Below the pieces are notes generated by a model, which was given only the letters and a program-made list of their open reading frames with translations, did no database searches and was not told the origin of the DNA. A stretch of DNA of 32,000 nt, taken from Pseudothioglobus sp. nBUS_23 (GTDB taxonomy: Bacteria > Pseudomonadota > Gammaproteobacteria > PS1 > Pseudothioglobaceae). Positions 25,520-32,000 of this stretch are shown here, piece after piece; position 1 is the stretch's first letter; every line of letters begins with the position of its first letter. The position numbers and the translations under genes were made by a program. The stretch is from NCBI RefSeq assembly GCF_051201565.1, contig NZ_CP179200.1:750001-782000 (forward strand), written 5' to 3'.

Positions 25520-27231
25520 GTAAATCAAATAATCGACGATCTTCAAACTGGTACGGAAAAATGGATAAAGATGGCTTTATTCATCGAAGCTGGATGAAAA
25601 GTCAAGGGCTTCCAGATCATGTGTTTGATGGCAGACCAATTATTGGTATTTGCAATACTTGGTCAGAGCTTACCCCTTGTAATGCGGGCCTGAAGAATCT
25701 TGCAGAAGGAGTCAAGCGAGGTGTTTGGGAGGCAGGAGGAGTTCCTCTAGAATTTCCTGTTATGTCTTTAGGTGAAACGCAAATGAAGCCAACAGCAATG
25801 CTTTTTCGAAATCTATTGTCAATGGATGTTGAAGAGAGCATTCGTGCTTATGGAATGGATGGAGTCGTTCTTTTAGGTGGCTGTGACAAAACAACCCCTG
25901 GCCAACTTATGGGCGCAGCTAGTGTTGATCTTCCCACGATTGTGGTCTCTGCAGGCCCAATGCTTAATGGAAAATATAAAGGTAAAGACATAGGGTCAGG
26001 GACAGATGTTTGGCGCTTCTCGGAAGAAGTAAGAGCAGGTGATATGACTCTTAAAGAGTTCATGGCAGCTGAAACCGGTATGAGCCGCTCCTCAGGTGTT
26101 TGCATGACAATGGGTACAGCTTCAACCATGGCAAGCTTGGTAGAGGGGATGGGGCTCAGTTTACCAACAAATGCAGCTCTTCCTGCAGTCGACGCTAGAC
26201 GAATGACACTTGCTCATTTGTCAGGAAAAAGAATTGTAGAGATGGTTGAAGAAGAGCTCAATTTATCTAAGGTAATAACTAAAGAAAGTTTCCAGAACGC
26301 TATTACTTTGAATAGCGCAATTGGTGGCTCAACAAATTCAGTGATTCACTTACTAGCTTTAGCTGGAAGATCAGAAATTGATCTGAATTTAGATGACTTT
26401 GAAAAAGGTGCAGATATTCCGTTACTGGTCAACTGTATGCCTTCAGGAGAGTTCTTAATGGAGGACTTTTGTTATGCCGGTGGAATTCCAGCTGTTATGA
26501 AGCAAATTAAGAGCTTTATTAAGCCAGCAAACACAATATTAAACAAAGATATTACCCATTACTTTGATCAGGCTGAAATTCTTAATGAAGATGTTATTAA
26601 GACCATTGAGAAGCCGCTCAAGTCCTCTGCAGGAATAAAAGTTCTACGTGGCAATCTTGCACCGAATGGAGCAATTATTAAACCTGCTGCAGCCTCTGAA
26701 GAGTTATTAAATCATGAGGGAATTGCTTATGTTTTTGAGGATATTGAGGAATTAAAAGAAAATATCGACAAACCTGACTTGCCAGTCACTAAAGACTCTA
26801 TTCTTGTTTTAAAGGGGTGCGGTCCCAAGGGTTACCCTGGTATGCCAGAGGTTGGCAATATGCCAATGCCCAGAGTGCTTGTTGAAAAGGGCGTCAGAGA
26901 CATGATTCGTATTTCTGATGCAAGGATGTCAGGCACAGCATATGGAACTATAGTCTTGCATGTTGCTCCTGAGGCTAACGTTGGCGGACCAATCTCTATT
27001 GTTGAGACTGGAGATCGAATTCGAGTTGATGCTCTAAATGGAGTGCTCGAGCTATTAGTTCCTGAAACAGAAATTAAAGAGCGTCTAAAGGCTAAAAAAC
27101 AACCAGAAGTAAACTACTCCCGTGGATATGCAAAGCTCTATATTGAGACAGTTTTGCAGGCTGATAAAGGCGCAGATTTAGACTTTTTGGTGGGTAAAGA
27201 TACTCGCCTTCCTAACCGAGAATCACACTAA
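25516..27231 (+). CDS. IlvD/Edd-family [Fe-S] sugar-acid dehydratase (arabinonate/xylonate/galactonate-dehydratase subgroup), not biosynthetic IlvD
   Basis: 571 aa. GICNTWSELTPCN, GGCDKTTPG and SSGVCMTMGTAST provide three conserved Cys plus the C-D-K motif. It has FPVMSLGE...PTAMLFRNL in place of the DGIAMGH.GM block of true dihydroxy-acid dehydratases. It is embedded among dgoK/dgoA/lactonase. Confidence 0.8.
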   Translation: MSKSNNRRSSNWYGKMDKDGFIHRSWMKSQGLPDHVFDGRPIIGICNTWSELTPCNAGLKNLAEGVKRGVWEAGGVPLEFPVMSLGETQMKPTAMLFRNLLSMDVEESIRAYGMDGVVLLGGCDKTTPGQLMGAASVDLPTIVVSAGPMLNGKYKGKDIGSGTDVWRFSEEVRAGDMTLKEFMAAETGMSRSSGVCMTMGTASTMASLVEGMGLSLPTNAALPAVDARRMTLAHLSGKRIVEMVEEELNLSKVITKESFQNAITLNSAIGGSTNSVIHLLALAGRSEIDLNLDDFEKGADIPLLVNCMPSGEFLMEDFCYAGGIPAVMKQIKSFIKPANTILNKDITHYFDQAEILNEDVIKTIEKPLKSSAGIKVLRGNLAPNGAIIKPAAASEELLNHEGIAYVFEDIEELKENIDKPDLPVTKDSILVLKGCGPKGYPGMPEVGNMPMPRVLVEKGVRDMIRISDARMSGTAYGTIVLHVAPEANVGGPISIVETGDRIRVDALNGVLELLVPETEIKERLKAKKQPEVNYSRGYAKLYIETVLQADKGADLDFLVGKDTRLPNRESH

Positions 27232-28001
27232 TGAACCATTACGCAACTTTTAAAGATCTTGAAGACGCATCTGTATTTATTACTGGCGGAGGATCTGGAA
27301 TTGGAGCCTCAATTGTAGAAGGTTTTCTATCGCAGGGGGCAAAAGTGGCTTTCGTTCAGAGGTCAAATTGTGATGAATTTTTGGACCAAATCAGCTCGAA
27401 GTATAAACATAAACCGTTATTTATCAGTTGTGATATTACAGATACAAACGATTTGAAGGATGCAATCTCAGAATCCATTAGGGTCAATGGTGCAATCAAT
27501 GTTCTTATTAACAACGCAGCAAACGACTCCAGACACTCGCTTGATGAGTTAACTCCTGAAGAATGGGACCAGGCCATTAATATTAATCTAAAGCCTCACT
27601 TTTTTACTGCACAAGCTGTCGCTCATTCTATGAAGGCTCAGGGTGGTGGAAGCATTATTAACTTGTCCTCAGCATCGTACCTGATGGGCAATGCTGGTTA
27701 CCCAGCATATGTTGCCTCAAAAGCAGGTATCACGGGCTTAACTCGAGCCTTGGCTCGTGAGCTTGGGGGTGATGGTATTAGGGTCAATACCTTGGTTCCT
27801 GGATGGGTTTTAACAGACAGACAGCTTAAGCTTTGGGCTAATGACAAAGACCTTGCCAGCCATATGAAAAAGCAGTCACTAAAGGAGCATTTAGTCCCCA
27901 ATGATTTAATTGACTCAGCTCTATTTTTGGCCTCAAAAGCATCCAGAATGATGACCGGTCAGGCACTAGTGGTTGATGGCGGCGTTGTAGTTACAGGATA
28001 G
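27231..28001 (+). CDS. Short-chain dehydrogenase/reductase; by context a sugar (galactose) 1-dehydrogenase
   Basis: 256 aa. TGGGSGIGAS nucleotide-binding motif, NNAA, catalytic S...YVASK. Family is secure; substrate is contextual inference only. Confidence 0.75.
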   Translation: MNHYATFKDLEDASVFITGGGSGIGASIVEGFLSQGAKVAFVQRSNCDEFLDQISSKYKHKPLFISCDITDTNDLKDAISESIRVNGAINVLINNAANDSRHSLDELTPEEWDQAININLKPHFFTAQAVAHSMKAQGGGSIINLSSASYLMGNAGYPAYVASKAGITGLTRALARELGGDGIRVNTLVPGWVLTDRQLKLWANDKDLASHMKKQSLKEHLVPNDLIDSALFLASKASRMMTGQALVVDGGVVVTG

Positions 28002-28002
28002 T

Positions 28003-28920
28003 ATGAAGATGAGTGATATTAAAGCTAAATGGATTGCTGCTGACTGGGGAACAACCCATATGCGTGCATGGGCTATTGGAGAAGAGGATAACGTGCTAGC
28101 CTTTAGGGAGTCTAACGAAGGCATGAAGGACCTTCAGCAAAATGAATTTGAACCCGTTCTATTAAGACTTATTGAGAGCTGGCTTGATGATACTAAAGTG
28201 ACTACTGTAATGGCATGTGGAATGGTTGGGGCTAAGCAAGGTTGGGTTGAAACTCCTTACCTGAAAACACCCTGCGTGCCAATAGACAACAATCAGCTAA
28301 CAACTGCAAATACCAATGATCAAAGGATCAAGGTGCATCTTGTCCCAGGCGTCATGCAAAATCACCCTGCAGATATTATGAGGGGTGAAGAAACTCAAAT
28401 TGCTGGATTTATTAATAAAAATACAAACTTCAAAGGTGTCGTATGTCTACCTGGTACGCACGCAAAATGGGTCAATATTAATGAAGGGCAAATAACCAGC
28501 TTTAAAACCTTTATGACTGGAGAGCTCTTTGGAGTTATCTCAAACCATACACTTATTAGGCACTCAACCTCAATTAAAGGGTGGGATCAAGAAAGCTTTG
28601 AAGAAGGCGTTCATGATGGATTTAAGAATCCGGGCTTAATTGCATCAAATCTTTTTTCACTTCGTGCTGAGTCAATTGTCAACAACTTGGATCGGGATCA
28701 GGCAAGATCATCTCTATCTGGTCTTCTTTTAGGGGTTGAGCTTAATGGTGCTCAAAGTTACTGGAAAGGTAAAAACGTCACCCTTATTGGGTCAGAGCTC
28801 TTGTCTAATAATTATCATGAAGGACTAAAGGTTCTTGGCGGTGAAAGTAAATTGTTTAGTCTTGAAACTGCGACATTGTCTGGTTTAAGTTCAGCCTATG
28901 GAGATCTTATTTCTGGTTAA
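28003..28920 (+). CDS. dgoK: 2-dehydro-3-deoxygalactonokinase
   Basis: 305 aa. N-terminal WIAADWGTTHMRAW and RGEETQI motifs typical of DgoK. Directly upstream of dgoA. Confidence 0.88.
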   Translation: MKMSDIKAKWIAADWGTTHMRAWAIGEEDNVLAFRESNEGMKDLQQNEFEPVLLRLIESWLDDTKVTTVMACGMVGAKQGWVETPYLKTPCVPIDNNQLTTANTNDQRIKVHLVPGVMQNHPADIMRGEETQIAGFINKNTNFKGVVCLPGTHAKWVNINEGQITSFKTFMTGELFGVISNHTLIRHSTSIKGWDQESFEEGVHDGFKNPGLIASNLFSLRAESIVNNLDRDQARSSLSGLLLGVELNGAQSYWKGKNVTLIGSELLSNNYHEGLKVLGGESKLFSLETATLSGLSSAYGDLISG

Positions 28921-28925
28921 GGTTT

Positions 28926-29531
28926 ATGAGTAGAAAGATAATCGCTATTTTGAGAGGAGTTAAGCCTGATGAGGTGCTTGAAATTGCGCGTACTATTGTA
29001 GACTCTGGAATAACTCAAATAGAAGTTCCAATGAACTCGCCGGATGTTTTTGATAGCATCCAATTGCTCCATGATCAAATGAATGATTTCATATCTGTTG
29101 GTGCTGGAACCGTTACTAATACTAATCAGGTTAAGATTCTTAAGGAGATTGGTATTGACTTTATTGTCTCACCGAACTTCGATCCAAAAGTTGTAGATGC
29201 AACCAAGCAAGGGGGCATGTTAAGTTATCCTGGAGTGATTACTCCAACAGAATGTTTTTCCGCTTTAAATTGTGGCGCCGATGGGCTTAAATTTTTCCCG
29301 GCAACACTTTTGGGTGAGTCTAATTTAATTGCCTTAAAGGCTGTTCTTCCAGAAAACATACCTCTGTTTATGGTTGGTGGAGTTGGCCCAGAAAACTTCT
29401 CTTCATGGTTTAACGCTGGTGCAACTGGCTTTGGAATTGGTTCAGGAATTTATAAAGCAGGAGATAGTCCTGAGAGCGTGTCCATTAAATCAAAACTTAT
29501 TGTTCAGTCTTATGACCAAGCCAAAAAATGA
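28926..29531 (+). CDS. dgoA: 2-dehydro-3-deoxy-6-phosphogalactonate (KDPGal) aldolase
   Basis: 201 aa. IAILRGV, EVPMNSP, GAGTV, and LKFFPA carrying the Schiff-base Lys context of the KDPG/KDPGal aldolase family. Confidence 0.88.
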   Translation: MSRKIIAILRGVKPDEVLEIARTIVDSGITQIEVPMNSPDVFDSIQLLHDQMNDFISVGAGTVTNTNQVKILKEIGIDFIVSPNFDPKVVDATKQGGMLSYPGVITPTECFSALNCGADGLKFFPATLLGESNLIALKAVLPENIPLFMVGGVGPENFSSWFNAGATGFGIGSGIYKAGDSPESVSIKSKLIVQSYDQAKK

Positions 29532-30391
29532 TTAAAGAGCATTTGCCGGTTGATTCATGTGGTTTGGGGGAAGGGCCTCTATGGCATCCAAAACTCGAGC
29601 TACTATTTTGGTTCGACATCAACGCCTGTAAGATGTTTTGCTGGAAAGAAAATGAGTTAAAGGTTTGGAATTTTTCTGAACCTGTATCGGCCGCTGGCTG
29701 GATAGATGAGGAGAATCTAATCGTAGCCTCTGCCTCCTCTCTCATTAAACTTTCTCTCGAATCGGACCATAGAAAAGTTTTAGTTGATTTAGAAGCTGAT
29801 ATGCAGCATAATCGCTCAAATGATGGAAGAGCAGACCCATGGGGAGGTTTTTGGATTGGCACAATGGGTCTTAAGGCAGAAAAAGAGGCGGGCTCAATCT
29901 ATCGTTTTTATAAAGGCACTTTGAAACAATTGCATAAAGATCTGACCATTCCAAATAGTATTTGCTTTTCACCTGACAGAAAATTTGTTTATTTTGCAGA
30001 TACAAGGCAAGAGAAAATCTGGAAGCAGGACTTAGATCAAGATACAGGTTGGCCAATCAATGAACCTATAATATTTATTGATTTTAAGGCCCAAGGTCTC
30101 CATCCTGATGGGTCAGTTTGTGATAGTGAAGGATTCCTTTGGAATGCTCAATATGGAGCCTCGAGGATAGCTAGATATAGCCCTGAAGGCTGGTTAGATA
30201 GAGTAGAGAGCTTTGCAGCATCACAGGTCACGTGCCCAGCATTTGGCGGCAAATCTTTCGATACTATTTATGTTACGTCAGCGAGTCAGGGTCTTAGTGA
30301 TGATGATTTGAAAGTTCAGCCTTTGGCTGGTAAAGTGTTTCACTTTGAATCTGACACACTCGGTCTGGCTGAGTATCAAGTAGAATTGTGA
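29528..30391 (+). CDS. SMP-30/gluconolactonase/LRE-family lactonase; by context galactono-1,4-lactonase
   Basis: 287 aa with no signal peptide. Motifs GEGPLWHP, NDGRADPWGGFWIGTM, PNSICFSPD and HPDGSVCDSEGFLWNA. Confidence 0.82.
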   Translation: MIKEHLPVDSCGLGEGPLWHPKLELLFWFDINACKMFCWKENELKVWNFSEPVSAAGWIDEENLIVASASSLIKLSLESDHRKVLVDLEADMQHNRSNDGRADPWGGFWIGTMGLKAEKEAGSIYRFYKGTLKQLHKDLTIPNSICFSPDRKFVYFADTRQEKIWKQDLDQDTGWPINEPIIFIDFKAQGLHPDGSVCDSEGFLWNAQYGASRIARYSPEGWLDRVESFAASQVTCPAFGGKSFDTIYVTSASQGLSDDDLKVQPLAGKVFHFESDTLGLAEYQVEL

Positions 30392-30398
30392 AGTTAAC

Positions 30399-32000
30399 AT
30401 GATCCCAAAATTAGGAAGCTGCTATTATCCCGAACACTGGCCAGAAGAGCAGTGGCGGAAAGATGCTGAAGATATGATTGCTTCTGGTTTGTCTTGGGTG
30501 AGAATTGGCGAATTTGCTTGGAGCAGAATTGAGCCTAAAGAGGATGTTCATAACTTCGATTGGCTTGATCGCGCTATTTCTATTTTGGGCTCTGCTGGAT
30601 TAAATATAGTCATGAGCACTCCGACCGCAACACCTCCTCGATGGGTTGTTGATAAATGGCCAGACATGCTAATTGTTGATGCTGAGGGCAGAGCTCGTCG
30701 ATCTGGCTCAAGGAGGCACTATTGCTTTTCACATGAGGGATACCTTGGGGAAGCGATAAGAATTTCAGAAATAGTTGCAAAGCGATATGGGAGCAATCCA
30801 TTCATTAAAGCCTGGCAGTTGGATAATGAATATGGCTGCCATGACACCACGCTCTCTTATAGTGATTCTGCTCTCAAAGCCTTTAGGGTATGGACTTCAA
30901 AAAAGTATAAAACGATTGATCAGCTCAATGAGTCTTGGAAAAATGTATTTTGGTCGATGGAATACATTGATTTTGAACAAATTCAGTTACCTAACTTAAC
31001 CGTAACCGATCCAAATCCAATCCATGCTCTCGACTTCAAAAGGTTCAGCTCTGATCAGGTTGTTAAGTTTAATCGAAGCCAGTCTCAAATCCTAAAGAAA
31101 TATACTCAAGCACCATTAATTCATAACTATATGGGCCGAATTACTGACTTTGATCATTATGAAGTCGGTAAAGATTTAGATATTGCGAGTTGGGACAGTT
31201 ATCCTCTGGGTTTTTTGGAGGATCGCTCTAATCGAAGTGAGGACTTTAAGAGTAAATTTATGCGCTTTGGAGACCTTGATTTTCAGTCATTTCATCATGA
31301 CCTATACCGTTCAGTTGGAAACGGGCGCTGGTGGGTTATGGAGCAGCAGCCGGGTCCAGTCAATTGGGCGCCGTATAATCCTGAGCCTGCAGAGGGGGCT
31401 GTTAGATTGTGGACTTGGGAGGCGATTGCGCATGGCGCTGAAGTTGTAAGTTATTTTAGATGGAGACAGGCTCCATTTGCTCAAGAGCAAATGCATGCTG
31501 GACTGAATAGGCCAGATGGAGCTAAGGCCCCAGGATTAAAGGAGGCTTCCAAGGTTTTTGCAGAACTAAACAATTTTGATGGAATTGACCAAGTTCAATC
31601 AAAAGTAGCACTAATTTTTGATTATGAGAGTTGCTGGGCATGGGATGTTCTCCCGCAAGGAAAAGACTTCAGTTATTTTGAGTTAGTCTACGACTATTAC
31701 AGAGCGCTCAGATCGTTAGGTTTGTCAATAGATATAGTGTCTCCCAATGAAAGCAACTTAAGCGGCTATCAAGTCTTACTAATGCCAGGTTTAATGCATG
31801 TTGGAGAGCAGCTTGAGAGCGCTATCAAAGGGTTTGATGGAGTTGTCATTTCAGGTCCAAGAACAGGATCAAAGACTTTAGATATGTCAATTCCTGAAAA
31901 TCTTCCACCAGTAGTGCCACGAATTAATGGAACCGTAGCACGGGTCGAAACACTAAGACCTAATGCGCTCATTCCAATCCAAAATCATGGCTTCTTTAAA
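30399..32000 (+). CDS. Beta-galactosidase, glycoside hydrolase family 42; first 534 codons, gene continues beyond the right edge
   Basis: Absent from the ORF track (no stop inside the window). I translated the frame codon by codon from ATG 30399 through about 31560 and read the rest of the frame to 32000 less strictly, finding no stop. MIPKLGSCYYPEHWPEEQW..., acid/base motif WQLDNEYG, nucleophile motif WWVMEQQPGPVNWA, then FRWRQAPFAQEQMHAGL. No signal peptide. Confidence 0.88.
   Translation, partial: MIPKLGSCYYPEHWPEEQWRKDAEDMIASGLSWVRIGEFAWSRIEPKEDVHNFDWLDRAISILGSAGLNIVMSTPTATPPRWVVDKWPDMLIVDAEGRARRSGSRRHYCFSHEGYLGEAIRISEIVAKRYGSNPFIKAWQLDNEYGCHDTTLSYSDSALKAFRVWTSKKYKTIDQLNESWKNVFWSMEYIDFEQIQLPNLTVTDPNPIHALDFKRFSSDQVVKFNRSQSQILKKYTQAPLIHNYMGRITDFDHYEVGKDLDIASWDSYPLGFLEDRSNRSEDFKSKFMRFGDLDFQSFHHDLYRSVGNGRWWVMEQQPGPVNWAPYNPEPAEGAVRLWTWEAIAHGAEVVSYFRWRQAPFAQEQMHAGLNRPDGAKAPGLKEASKVFAELNNFDGIDQVQSKVALIFDYESCWAWDVLPQGKDFSYFELVYDYYRALRSLGLSIDIVSPNESNLSGYQVLLMPGLMHVGEQLESAIKGFDGVVISGPRTGSKTLDMSIPENLPPVVPRINGTVARVETLRPNALIPIQNHGFFK

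Noticed and set aside
29497-29862. 121-aa minus-strand ORF, fairly long for an AT-rich sequence, overlapping the dgoA end and the lactonase gene.
   Set aside because: It is entirely antisense to two well-supported genes, has no SD or promoter, and has a low-complexity S/P-rich composition with no recognisable motif. It is most likely a shadow ORF. The same judgement applies to 4425-4724 (99 aa), 25848-26129 (93 aa), 25617-25841, 20515-20784, 3578-3820, 11176-11415 and the other short antisense or out-of-frame ORFs in the track.
30610-31972. Five short ORFs in the track (30610-30801 -, 30775-30999 +, 31183-31449 +, 31311-31496 -, 31769-31972 -), which make the region look like non-coding or fragmented DNA.
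   Set aside because: All lie inside a single uninterrupted reading frame from 30399 to the window end that encodes a typical GH42 beta-galactosidase. They are frame shadows, not evidence of a pseudogene.
1-32000. Search for CRISPR arrays, tRNA/rRNA genes, transposases/integrases with terminal inverted repeats, prophage genes, toxin-antitoxin pairs or defence-system-like genes (nucleases, helicases, methyltransferases, NTPases of unknown function).
   Set aside because: Every long ORF has a confident metabolic, transport or Tat assignment. Intergenic DNA totals only about 1.2 kb in short spacers, with no spaced direct repeats. Nothing supports a hidden mobile or defence system.

Overview
AT-rich, very gene-dense chromosomal segment with many 1-4 nt start/stop overlaps. 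The periplasmic SBPs with type I signal peptides and tatABC point to a Gram-negative bacterium, probably a streamlined marine proteobacterium (taxonomy is inference only). There are three blocks. (i) 1-17.8 kb, purine block. A leftward BMP-family SBP plus ABC ATPase operon runs off the left edge. It is followed by a 16-gene same-strand array: GntR-like regulator, puuE, uraD, alc, allA, puuD, guaD, uraH, xdhA, xdhB, xdhC and a second BMP/CUT2-type ABC importer. Together these cover every step from guanine/xanthine uptake to glyoxylate + urea. (ii) 17.9-20.1 kb: an orphan PhyH-family Fe(II)/2-oxoglutarate dioxygenase and a minus-strand tatA-tatB-tatC. (iii) 20.4-32 kb, galactoside block: CUT1 sugar SBP and two permeases (no ATPase), GH36 alpha-galactosidase, IlvD/Edd-family sugar-acid dehydratase, SDR, dgoK, dgoA, SMP-30 lactonase, and a GH42 beta-galactosidase that runs off the right edge. 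The ORF track misses both edge-truncated genes (left ATPase, right GH42). I saw no rRNA/tRNA, CRISPR array, transposase/integrase, phage, toxin-antitoxin or recognisable defence genes, and I find no convincing evidence of a wholly new system. The points most worth a second look are: an oxidative De Ley-Doudoroff galactose route that uses an IlvD/Edd dehydratase instead of canonical DgoD; the all-in-one purine-to-urea array bracketed by two paralogous BMP importers; a candidate GntR operator motif that recurs before the terminal SBP gene; and an isolated, possibly leaderless PhyH-family dioxygenase. All functional calls rest on motif recognition by eye and gene context. No database search was run.
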